Shown here piece by piece: positions 1 through 8,003 of a stretch of DNA of 32,000 nucleotides (position 1 is its first letter; every line of letters starts with the position of its first letter). The stretch is from Pirellula staleyi DSM 6068. GTDB lineage: Bacteria > Planctomycetota > Planctomycetia > Pirellulales > Pirellulaceae. The position numbers and the translations under genes were made by a program. The stretch is taken from NCBI GenBank assembly GCA_000025185.1, contig CP001848.1, forward strand, positions 2,280,001 through 2,312,000, given 5' to 3'. The notes beneath the pieces were generated by a model, which saw nothing but the letters and a program-made list of their open reading frames with translations, was not told the origin of the DNA and ran no database searches.

Positions 1-1
1 T

Positions 2-154
2 GCAGAAGATCCTGCTGCTGCAGCCGCCAGTGCCGATGCGGAACTCGACGCCTTGCTCGCAAGTTTGTCGGCTCCCGATCCAGCCCCACCCGCCGCAAGT
101 GGAGGCGACGACGCCATCGACCCCGAACTTGCCGCGCTACTGGCCGATCTGTAG
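2..154 (+). CDS. 3' end of a CDS that begins upstream of the window (acidic Ala/Pro/Asp-rich tail, product unknown)
   Basis: Frame 2 is open from the window edge to TAG at 152-154 and reads AEDPAAAAASADAELDALLASLSAPDPAPPAASGGDDAIDPELAALLADL*. It contains a repeated ELxALLAxL motif. It is absent from the ORF track only because it has no start inside the window. Confidence 0.35.
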   Translation, partial: AEDPAAAAASADAELDALLASLSAPDPAPPAASGGDDAIDPELAALLADL

Positions 155-174
155 TCGGTCATCTGCGTTGTAAC

Positions 175-204
175 AGCGTGACACTCGATTGAGGGTGTCA
201 CGCT
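175..204. terminator. Perfect 10-bp inverted repeat between two convergent genes (possible bidirectional terminator)
   Basis: AGCGTGACAC (175-184), 10-nt loop, GTGTCACGCT (195-204). It lies between the stop of the partial + strand CDS (154) and the stop of the minus-strand methyltransferase (286). No clear U-tract on either side. Confidence 0.35.
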
Positions 205-285
205 CGGAGCAAGCCACGAGAAGTCGCCTTACTCCTACAGACGACCCCATTGCGACACGCAATTCGCACAATGACTGCGAGATGA

Positions 286-1389
286 CTATGACTTGGCAGC
301 GATCGTGAGATGTACGTCGTAGTGCACGCTGCTCCGATCGTGGAGGCGAAGTTTCCAAGGGATCCGATCTTGCTCGGCAGCGATCGAGAGTCCTGCAATC
401 GATTGGGGATGCATCCCGGGAGTTAAGAGTTCTCGGAGCATTGCATCGCTCTGGCCCTCGTTTCGGCTGCGCTGCGAATGCCCGCCGATCCATTGCTCCA
501 TCGGAGTGACAGCGGCCGACCAGTCGTAGGGTGAAGCGATCATCGCGCAGCCCCCCGGCATCATTGTGCGCGACATCGATTGCAGCAAGGCGAGTGGTGA
601 ACCGAGCGAGTCGATCACGTTCATCGCAGCTAGACGTGCAAACTGCTGATCGCGAAACGGCAGGTCGGTTGCATCGCAGCACCAAAAATCGACTCGCTCG
701 TAGTGCTCTTTCGGAACGATGGCGTGGACATAGTCGTACACAATCCCGACACGCCGCAACGGAAATGTGACGCGCTGCTGCGACATCGCTGCGCGGGCGA
801 GTTGCAGCAGCGGCACGCTCATATCGATGCCGAGCACCAAGTCGTCGCTCCCGGCTTCGTCGAGTTGCCGGGCCATTTCCCAGGTAGCTCGGCCAGGACC
901 ACATCCCAAATCCATTTGCGGCCCTGTTGGCACAGCTCCTGCGAGCGACATGGCACTGCGAACTAAGCTGGCCAAACTTCCCGCCGTGTCATTCAGGGAT
1001 TCAGCAGGGATGCGACTTGAGGCCGTAATGAATTCTTGGAAGTGATTGTAGCCGTAGCTGCTCTGATGGCTTCGAATCGTGTCGAACACCGATCCCGGCT
1101 GTGAGCAATCCCCGAGCATACTGAGAGTTGAGGGGGCAAAGTCGTTGCGTGCTAAGATCGGTAACAGGCTCGACTCGATGAAAGCGCGAATCGCTGAGAG
1201 CAAAATCGGAATGCCGAGCAGGATGGGGTACTCGCGCTGACAACCGGCAAACGAGCAGAGCAGGGCACCCTCTTCGATTTCGGTGGCGGTCCCTTTTTCG
1301 ATCCGGCCGAGCTGGAGTCGTGATTCTAAACCAGCAGCTCGGCATACGGGACAGATCGGAGCTAGTCGTTCGAAGTGCGCGAGTTTCAC
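286..1389 (-). CDS. Class I SAM-dependent methyltransferase with N-terminal Trm112-like zinc ribbon
   Basis: 367-aa ORF with a GTG start. The N-terminus has the Trm112-like pattern ICPVC...CSFAGCQREYPILLGIPILL. Motif I of Rossmann-fold methyltransferases is present as MDLGCGPGRATWEMA, followed by LVLGIDMS and CCDATDLPF. It starts 57 nt downstream of, and is co-oriented with, the PAAR gene. Confidence 0.8.
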   Translation of the reverse strand: MKLAHFERLAPICPVCRAAGLESRLQLGRIEKGTATEIEEGALLCSFAGCQREYPILLGIPILLSAIRAFIESSLLPILARNDFAPSTLSMLGDCSQPGSVFDTIRSHQSSYGYNHFQEFITASSRIPAESLNDTAGSLASLVRSAMSLAGAVPTGPQMDLGCGPGRATWEMARQLDEAGSDDLVLGIDMSVPLLQLARAAMSQQRVTFPLRRVGIVYDYVHAIVPKEHYERVDFWCCDATDLPFRDQQFARLAAMNVIDSLGSPLALLQSMSRTMMPGGCAMIASPYDWSAAVTPMEQWIGGHSQRSRNEGQSDAMLRELLTPGMHPQSIAGLSIAAEQDRIPWKLRLHDRSSVHYDVHLTIAAKS

Positions 1390-1446
1390 GCGTGGGCTTT
1401 CCTGGGGCCGATCGTGATCGGCGGAGGGGAGGCTTGCCGCAGCAAC

Positions 1447-1821
1447 TTAGCCCCCAATAAGGACCGTGGGGCAACCGGGAGGAAGAACCTTGCCAACCGG
1501 GCTCGGGATCGGCGCGACACACGTGGCATGTGCCGTCATGTCGTTCACTCGTGCGGCTGGAAGCCCGGCAATCAGCACCGTGCCAGAGCCCTTGGCTATC
1601 ATCCCCGGACCTGCGGGAACACAACCGGGGAGCATGCAGGGCATCGATATATCGGTGACCCGCGCAGCTGGCAAGTTCCCAATTAATACGGTCGGCGCTC
1701 CCGTGACAATCGCCAGCGGAAGGGCAGGGTGGGGGACCGGAACAATCGGATGGATCGGCGCATGACAGTGCGGAGCATCCTGCTTGATCAGGTCGGTCAT
1801 CCGTGCTGCTGCCATTCCCAT
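1447..1821 (-). CDS. PAAR-domain protein (T6SS spike-sharpening cone), minimal form with no extension domain
   Basis: 124 aa. The ATG is preceded by GGGAGGAA with a 5-nt spacer. Three PAAR-type motifs are present: AAARMTD, GAPTVLIGNLPAARVTD and GSGTVLIAGLPAARVND. The protein ends GCPTVLIGG. Confidence 0.9.
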   Translation of the reverse strand: MGMAAARMTDLIKQDAPHCHAPIHPIVPVPHPALPLAIVTGAPTVLIGNLPAARVTDISMPCMLPGCVPAGPGMIAKGSGTVLIAGLPAARVNDMTAHATCVAPIPSPVGKVLPPGCPTVLIGG

Positions 1822-1884
1822 CGATATTCCTCCCGCGACTCCGAAATTGGGCTCGCTAGCGTATTCGCCTGCGTCTCATGAATC

Positions 1885-2151
1885 TTGAAATTCAGCTTGC
1901 AAGATACTCCGAGTTTTACCCCCAGCATAGATCGCCCTTTGATTTCACGCTCCGGCCTCCTCCTCTCCCTGCTGGGACTTGTCGCAATCTGCACCCTGTT
2001 ATCCCAGCGGTATATTAGTCCGATCAGGCGTCGCAAGGGACTTGAAACAGCCGCGATAGTGCTAGCAGTGGCACTGCTACTGCTGGTAATCGCGATTGCC
2101 GCCAACGAGCCTTTTCCGCTATATCTGCCAATGAAACTCTTTCAAGCGTAA
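1885..2151 (+). CDS. Hypothetical small two-TM membrane protein (doubtful)
   Basis: 88-aa ORF from a TTG. It has two hydrophobic helices (GLLLSLLGLVAICTLL and AAIVLAVALLLLVIAIAA) separated by the basic loop RYISPIRRRKG. It ends 75 nt before the giant gene on the same strand. Codon third positions are less GC-biased than in neighbouring genes and there is no clear RBS, so it could be spurious. Confidence 0.25.
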   Translation: MKFSLQDTPSFTPSIDRPLISRSGLLLSLLGLVAICTLLSQRYISPIRRRKGLETAAIVLAVALLLLVIAIAANEPFPLYLPMKLFQA

Positions 2152-2226
2152 AGGGTGCCGGCGGATGCCAAGTTGGCGATCGCGACGGAGTGGCCCAGAC
2201 TGTCGGTGCGGAAATAGCGTGGGATC

Positions 2227-5200
2227 ATGGCCAAAAGCAAATCGTGGGGAGCCAAACCGAGGCAGGACGAAGAGCGTCCGCTGCGCTATCGTTGGACTCG
2301 CCGAATCGTCCTCACGATTGCGCTGGTGGGGATGTCGATTTGGCTCGGGCAGTTGCTGCTGCGACCCTTCTGGCACCCCCGGCTGCACCTGGTTTTAGTG
2401 ACGGGCGATGCCTTTAGTACGGGCGATCAGGTGCTAGCCGCGCCGCGCTCGGATTATGTAGTCGAGGACTTTGCGGGACTGCTATCGCTGGCACCGGTGG
2501 TCCATCAATCGTCGGCTTCCAGTGGTCCGCTGATTCTTGGAAACCTGCGCAGTCGCGACGACATGCAGCGACTCGACGACGAACTGTCGAAGCTCGTTAC
2601 CGGACATCGCGACGTGTTTGTGGTATACGTCTCCGCGCAGGGGATTTCTTCAGACGGCGAAGCGTTTCTCGCCTGCAGTGAAGCTGATGCGCAAAACCCA
2701 CTTGCTGGGCAGTATCGTGTGCGCAATTTGCTCGCGCAGCTGTCCGAGCTCCAATCGCACGCCATTTTGCTCATACTCGATGCGGGTCAAACCGACTACG
2801 ACCCTGCACGGGGAATGCTCGTCAATCAGTTTCCACGTCTCTTGCGCGATGAAGTGCAGCGTTCCGGTTCCAAGAACCTATGGGTTCTCTCGTCGCACGG
2901 ACCTGGCGAGCGTTCGCACATTTCGCATGCCTTGCGGCGCTCGATTTTCAGTTACTTTGTCGAACACGGTATGGCGGGTGCTGCCGATTCGAGTGGCGAC
3001 AGCGTCGTCGATTTAAACGAACTTTTTCGCTACGTCTCGATCAGCACGGCTGCGTTCGTTGAGCAAACCACGGCTGGAAATGCCGCTCAAGCACCGCAGC
3101 TGATGTGGGGAGGTGGCGAGATCGATGCAGCGGCTCTCTCACTCGAAATCACGGCGGTCCTTCCACCCAACAGCGAGCGCCCCGTCCTCACGCCACAGCT
3201 GGAACTGACGCAGTTGCGCGAGCCATCGGCCATCGAAACGAGTGCAAAGCGGCAGGCCGAGAACGAAGTCCGATCGTACGTTCAGCAGCAGATCTCGCGG
3301 TTCAGTCCGCGCGGCCAATTGGGCTACATCGTGACCGATCGGGCACGCTCGGTGCTGGTTCAAGGTGGCAAAATCCCCACGCTTCCCGGCGTGACCCCTA
3401 CCGGAACACCAGCAGCTACCGACCCAGCCAAACCGGGTGAGACCAAGCCGGGCGATAAGCCAGCCGAAGGGGATGCAAAGAAACCGGACGCTGCAGCAGG
3501 AGATAAGCCAGCCGGTGATCAGGCCGCAGGCGACAAAGCGGGGGACAAGCCAGCTGCTGAGCCTACTGGCACGGCAACAGCCGGTGCGGAGACAAAGGGG
3601 GGAGACACTGCTGCTGATGGTCCAGCTATCGATCTGCTCCTTGCCAAAGGTTGGCAAGTTCGCGATGCGCTGCTGGCCGAAAGCTTGGGTCGCGCTCGAG
3701 GTGTTGATAGCTTGCCCCACATTTGGCGCGTACTCGAGCGACGTCTGCTCGCTTACGAACTACGTCATCGACGTGGTGCTAATGCGGGCGAGAAAGTGCT
3801 GCGTCAGAATGTTACGGAACTGGTGGGAGTACTCGAGCAATTGCAGGCCCGCGTGGCTGGCGATCAATTCCCCGCGCGAAGTTTAGGTCGTCGGATTGCA
3901 CTTTCTTATCCTGGTCTATCGGCACCCATCACGCAGGTGCGGCAACTCGCCGTGCTCGAACGCATTGCCGCAGAAGGTGGCGAGGCGATGCCTGCTGTCG
4001 CCGCAGCTGCACTCACGCAGCTCGACTACTTCACATCGCGCGGCGGTGAAGCTGATTTCCTCGAATGGGCTAAGGCTATTCCGCCGGAAGCGATGCCTTA
4101 CGAAGAGGTCCGTTTCACATCGGAAATTGCCGCGATGCAAGGGTTTGATTGGACCATTGCCCAGCAACTCTTGCGCAATCGACTGGAAGCGGAACGGATC
4201 GCTGCGATGTCGTCGCGTTACGAGGATTGGATCGGAAAACTTGTCCAAGAGACCGACCTGAAACGACGTCATCTCGAACGTGAGGTCCTCGCGGGTCTGG
4301 CTCCCAATCGCAACGATCTGCTCGAACGACTTGCGGCGCTTCAGGCCGATCTTGTGCAGCTGCGGACCAACTTAAAACTGCTCGAAGATGCGCATCGCCT
4401 GGAAGTGGAGATGCTCCATCACTTGCCCGAATATCTCTCGTGGCAAGCGTCGCGCGATGGGGCCACGCTGAAGGAGCAGTCATCCTCGACCGAGATCAGC
4501 ACGCTGGTCGATAGCCTGATCGATCTCGTCGAGCTGCGGCAATTGCCCGATCCCACCAAGCTGCCGACCCTTGCGCGACTCTTGCCCATCGTCAAGCAAA
4601 ACCGCGATACGGTTCACAACTATTTTAGCGACGACCGGATCGAGCGGCTGGTCGCGATTCCGGCAACTCCCGGGGATGCTTGGGAGATCGAGCTTCTTCT
4701 TGAAACAACACTCCCTTCAGCCGGTGGACGACAGCTGCTGCTCGATGCGTGCGGAATTGTCGATGCGGAACTTGCCAGCGGTGTCACTCTGCCCGATGTG
4801 ACGCGCGTCAGTTTGCCCACCTCAGCAGGTCGACTTCCTGCTACGGAAGTGCATCGGCGTGGTGAGCTAGCCTGGAAAATGCTGCGCCTCTTGCATCCTG
4901 ATAACAAAGAAGAATTTCCTGAACTCTCATCGCTGGAAGCTGCTTGGAAGATGATTCCGCCCGTGGAGCGTACGCGGGAAGACATTAGTGAATTTGCCGT
5001 AGCGGTCGATCAGTTTTCCGAAGAGCTCGCGTCGTTCTACCGCAACCTGCCTGGCGTGATCGAACAGCGTGCTGCTGCGGGGCAAGATTTTCGGCAAGTC
5101 GCCGATCGTAAGGCGCGCATTCGTGAACTGGCGATGATTGAGCGAGGTTGCTACTTCGTCGACTCGCGCGATGCAGCGGTGATGGCCGATCCGAGCCCCT

Positions 5201-7608
5201 CACTGCTGCTGGGTCGCGTCGATGCCTACGATCTCTTTTCGTGGCAGCGGACTCGGCTCGAACTGGCGATGGTCGATGCGCCTCCAAGTGATCTACAAAC
5301 CTTGTCGGATAAAATGCTCCGCTATCAAGCGGCAGCAGAGGCGATCCCCTTACAGCCGCCACTCGATTCGCGCCTGACGTTGCCCTTAGAAGTGGTGGGA
5401 CCTACGAGCGTTCGGCTCGCGCTTGAAAACCAAAAAGAGGCATTCCTCAACGTCACCTGGAATGGTGAAGGTGAACAGCGGGCCTGGGTAACAGCCGAGT
5501 ATGCCGATGACTTGCTAAAAATCGAAACACCGGCGACGCAGCCGATCTATCCGAGCAACTATTCCGACACGGACTTGCTGCTGCAGCGTCCCACTTTCAA
5601 GTTGCGTCGCGGGGTGAGCGAAACGCTACGGATGGTAGTCCGGCGTCAAGAGGCTTCGGCTCGTCCTTCGCGCGTGATCTTGCGATTCCATGTCGCCGGA
5701 AAGCTGCTGCGTTACGACGTGGCTGTCGATCTGCCACTTCCTGAATCGGTCGATCTGCTGGTCGATGGTGTACCAGGAAGTTTTGCCAACGACTCGGCTG
5801 GCGCTCAGCTGTTTCCGTTCCCGAATCGTTCGACGAACTATCAGCTGTCGCTCGCTAGTAGCGCCACCATCGAGCGACAAATTGCGGTCGAGATGTATAG
5901 CCTGAAATCATCGATCAAAGATCCGTTGCCTCAAGTCGCATTGAGCGATGCCGATGCCAAGAAGCTTTTCTCAGAGCTGCCAGTTGGCCCCAAAATCGCC
6001 GATTTGCCAAACGTTGCACTTCCTCCAGCGGGTCAGAATTTGCCGATTCCGTTTCCTGCTCCCCCCCCACCTCCGAAGCCGCTGAAACCAGGAGAAGTTC
6101 CCGAACCACCGCCACCACCCGACCCCAAACTGGGGACCCTATACACACCGCAAGCGATGGTCGGTGGTGTGCTGGTACTGATCCGCGAGCCGGCTGCAGG
6201 TCGCACGATCATGAAGCGACTGGAAGTAACCGCGCAGCGTCCGCAGCGCTATGTGCGGCCGCGAGTGAACTATCAGCCGGGACGACAGCGGATCGAGATT
6301 ATTGTCGACGCTGAAGACCCACGTCTGTTACCAGCGGGTGGTTCGCGCGTGCATGTGGAGGTGCTCGATCCGATCCCCTCGGAAGCGGAGCGCCGCTTAG
6401 ATGGTCAGATTCTTGCTCCTAACTTCGAAACGCAGCTGTTTGTCGAAGTGGCCGACGAACCTGGGCGCTATGTCAACATTGCAATCACGGTCGACGATTA
6501 TCCGCGAGCCTTTCTCTACCGCGTTCCTTGTAGCGCTATTGCGCTCGATGTGCCGGAAGATACCGATGCAGTGAAGGTTTCGCTCGATCCACTTCCCAAG
6601 GGTACGCTCTATAAAGCGCCAGCAGGAGAAATTCCGGTCGTGGTGCGTGTCGATGCGCCTGGTTCTTCCGGTGGCAATCCGCCGCTAGAAGTGCGTGTCG
6701 GTGTGGATCGCGATCGCGATCGAACACTCAACGACGAAGCAGCGCTACTGCTAACGAGCACCCGCGATGTAAAGTTCACTGCCAGTGCCGCAGCTCCCCT
6801 TGGTGAGTTCACGATCGACACCATCGTCAGCGATTTCAGTATTAATGTTCCCGAGAGCGGACTGCAAAGTGGTCTGGCGAACATGCTCGCGCAAGTGTCG
6901 CTCGGAGACCGGATGGGTTACAGCAATCCGATCGAAATTGTGATCGATGGAGAAGCACCTCGGATTTCGGGCGTGGAACTTTTACCCTCTCAGCTCGCTG
7001 TGATCGGCAAACCGGTGGCGGTTTCCTGCATCGCGAGCGACGACGAACTCAGCGGCGTTGCTAAGCTCGAGGTGATGTTCGACACCAACCGGAGCGGCGC
7101 GATTGGCGACGACGACAAGCCGGTGATCGCCGTCTTTCAGCCGGAAGGACGCTGGACCGCCACGGTTCCGACCGAAGGGCTGATGCGCGGGACTTACAAC
7201 CTGCTGCTACGGGCCACCGATCGCGTGGGAAATCAAAGCCCCATTTCGCGAGTGAAGGTGCAAGTCGTTTCGCCCGAGGAAGCGGGGACTGGCGAGAAAA
7301 AACTGCTCGGAACGATTACCGGTACGGTGATTCATGGGGTCACGCCACAGCCGGGAATGAAGGTTTCGCTCTGGCCGGAAGGGGCGAATCCGTACGCCAA
7401 AGTTGATCCCAAAAATCCCGAGCCGAGCAAAAAGATCACCGAAGTGGCGACTGGACCCAAAGGGACGTACGAGATCACCCGCGTGCCACCCGGTAAATAT
7501 CTGCTGGTGGGGGAGGGACTCGTGAAGAACAAGAATCGCCGGGTCGCTATCCCAGTGACGGTGGAGCCTCCTAAGCCGCTCCCGCCGATTGAGCTGAAGC
7601 TCCCTTAA
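2227..7608 (+). CDS. Giant single-pass membrane protein: degenerate caspase-like domain, long helical region, Pro-rich spacer, Ig-like and carboxypeptidase-regulatory-like beta domains
   Basis: Uninterrupted 1,793-aa ORF. Basic N-terminus plus one TM helix (IVLTIALVGMSIWLGQLLL, ~nt 2302-2358). A Peptidase_C14-like pattern lies at ~nt 2380-3112: VFVVYVSAQG...ILLILDAGQ...LWVLSSHGPGERSH...FSYFVEHGMAGAAD...VDLNELFRYV. A GDKPA low-complexity linker and the Pro-rich stretch PAPPPPPKPLKPGEVPEPPPPPDP follow. The C-terminus has an Ig-like module (~6950-7270) and GTITGTVIHG...GTYEITRVPPGKYLLVGEG (~7310-7520). Confidence 0.85.
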   Translation: MAKSKSWGAKPRQDEERPLRYRWTRRIVLTIALVGMSIWLGQLLLRPFWHPRLHLVLVTGDAFSTGDQVLAAPRSDYVVEDFAGLLSLAPVVHQSSASSGPLILGNLRSRDDMQRLDDELSKLVTGHRDVFVVYVSAQGISSDGEAFLACSEADAQNPLAGQYRVRNLLAQLSELQSHAILLILDAGQTDYDPARGMLVNQFPRLLRDEVQRSGSKNLWVLSSHGPGERSHISHALRRSIFSYFVEHGMAGAADSSGDSVVDLNELFRYVSISTAAFVEQTTAGNAAQAPQLMWGGGEIDAAALSLEITAVLPPNSERPVLTPQLELTQLREPSAIETSAKRQAENEVRSYVQQQISRFSPRGQLGYIVTDRARSVLVQGGKIPTLPGVTPTGTPAATDPAKPGETKPGDKPAEGDAKKPDAAAGDKPAGDQAAGDKAGDKPAAEPTGTATAGAETKGGDTAADGPAIDLLLAKGWQVRDALLAESLGRARGVDSLPHIWRVLERRLLAYELRHRRGANAGEKVLRQNVTELVGVLEQLQARVAGDQFPARSLGRRIALSYPGLSAPITQVRQLAVLERIAAEGGEAMPAVAAAALTQLDYFTSRGGEADFLEWAKAIPPEAMPYEEVRFTSEIAAMQGFDWTIAQQLLRNRLEAERIAAMSSRYEDWIGKLVQETDLKRRHLEREVLAGLAPNRNDLLERLAALQADLVQLRTNLKLLEDAHRLEVEMLHHLPEYLSWQASRDGATLKEQSSSTEISTLVDSLIDLVELRQLPDPTKLPTLARLLPIVKQNRDTVHNYFSDDRIERLVAIPATPGDAWEIELLLETTLPSAGGRQLLLDACGIVDAELASGVTLPDVTRVSLPTSAGRLPATEVHRRGELAWKMLRLLHPDNKEEFPELSSLEAAWKMIPPVERTREDISEFAVAVDQFSEELASFYRNLPGVIEQRAAAGQDFRQVADRKARIRELAMIERGCYFVDSRDAAVMADPSPSLLLGRVDAYDLFSWQRTRLELAMVDAPPSDLQTLSDKMLRYQAAAEAIPLQPPLDSRLTLPLEVVGPTSVRLALENQKEAFLNVTWNGEGEQRAWVTAEYADDLLKIETPATQPIYPSNYSDTDLLLQRPTFKLRRGVSETLRMVVRRQEASARPSRVILRFHVAGKLLRYDVAVDLPLPESVDLLVDGVPGSFANDSAGAQLFPFPNRSTNYQLSLASSATIERQIAVEMYSLKSSIKDPLPQVALSDADAKKLFSELPVGPKIADLPNVALPPAGQNLPIPFPAPPPPPKPLKPGEVPEPPPPPDPKLGTLYTPQAMVGGVLVLIREPAAGRTIMKRLEVTAQRPQRYVRPRVNYQPGRQRIEIIVDAEDPRLLPAGGSRVHVEVLDPIPSEAERRLDGQILAPNFETQLFVEVADEPGRYVNIAITVDDYPRAFLYRVPCSAIALDVPEDTDAVKVSLDPLPKGTLYKAPAGEIPVVVRVDAPGSSGGNPPLEVRVGVDRDRDRTLNDEAALLLTSTRDVKFTASAAAPLGEFTIDTIVSDFSINVPESGLQSGLANMLAQVSLGDRMGYSNPIEIVIDGEAPRISGVELLPSQLAVIGKPVAVSCIASDDELSGVAKLEVMFDTNRSGAIGDDDKPVIAVFQPEGRWTATVPTEGLMRGTYNLLLRATDRVGNQSPISRVKVQVVSPEEAGTGEKKLLGTITGTVIHGVTPQPGMKVSLWPEGANPYAKVDPKNPEPSKKITEVATGPKGTYEITRVPPGKYLLVGEGLVKNKNRRVAIPVTVEPPKPLPPIELKLP
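3430..3560 (+). repeat. Imperfect in-frame tandem motif encoding GDKPA-type low-complexity linker
   Basis: Three near-copies: ggcgataagccagcc (3451-3465), ggagataagccagcc (3499-3513) and ggggacaagccagct (3541-3555). The peptide is KPGDKPAEGDAKKPDAAAGDKPAGDQAAGDKAGDKPAAE. Confidence 0.6.
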
Positions 7609-7626
7609 GGACCGAACTCTCGGTCC
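7609..7626 (+). terminator. Hairpin immediately after the stop of the 1,793-aa gene
   Basis: GGACCGA (7609-7615), loop ACTC, TCGGTCC (7620-7626). It starts directly after TAA at 7606-7608. Confidence 0.35.
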
Positions 7627-7640
7627 GAGACGGTTGACTG

Positions 7641-7678
7641 GAAGAGACCCCCGAAGGCCACGGTCTCTTCAATTTCTT
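7641..7678 (+). terminator. Candidate rho-independent terminator
   Basis: A 9-bp perfect stem, GAAGAGACC (7641-7649) with GGTCTCTTC (7662-7670), and a 12-nt loop. It is followed by AATTTCTT. It lies in the 395-nt gap before the lipoprotein gene. Confidence 0.45.
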
Positions 7679-8003
7679 CGAGTGCTGTCTCAAGCGAGCA
7701 GCTTGTGGGGTGGAGTTTGCTAGCACTTTCTTGGTGCTAGCAGGTCGTTCATGGGCAGGAATTGCCGGTTGTTCATCGATCGGAGAGGGCAAATCCTCAA
7801 GGTCGCACTCGTTCGCGACGATAGTTTAGGTTGAGTCTGCGGGTACTAACGGCTGTGACGATTCTGCGGGTGGTTGTCGCGAGGCAATCGGCTCACGATC
7901 GACGGCAGTTTTTTTCAGCAGACACGAAGTTAATCTCGTTTGTCTGCGAGGCCATCGAGCCGGCTACTTCGATAACCTAACCTTCCTGCGAGAAACCACG
8001 GCC

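Noticed and set aside
137-904. 255-aa minus-strand ORF, and 1001-1624 (207 aa)
   Set aside because: These are out-of-frame overlaps of the methyltransferase and PAAR genes. They are Arg/Ser-rich nonsense-like sequence.
2380-3112. Calling the giant proteins active caspase/metacaspase proteases
   Set aside because: The residues at the positions where I expect the His-Gly and Asp-x-Cys dyad are Q-G / A-G in one protein and P-G / V-S in the other. Only the fold-level pattern is supported, not catalysis.
6061-6068. C8 homopolymer inside giant gene 1 as a phase-variation switch
   Set aside because: It encodes part of a poly-Pro run (PAPPPPPKP) in a GC-rich genome. A single tract of modest length gives no evidence of variability from one sequence.
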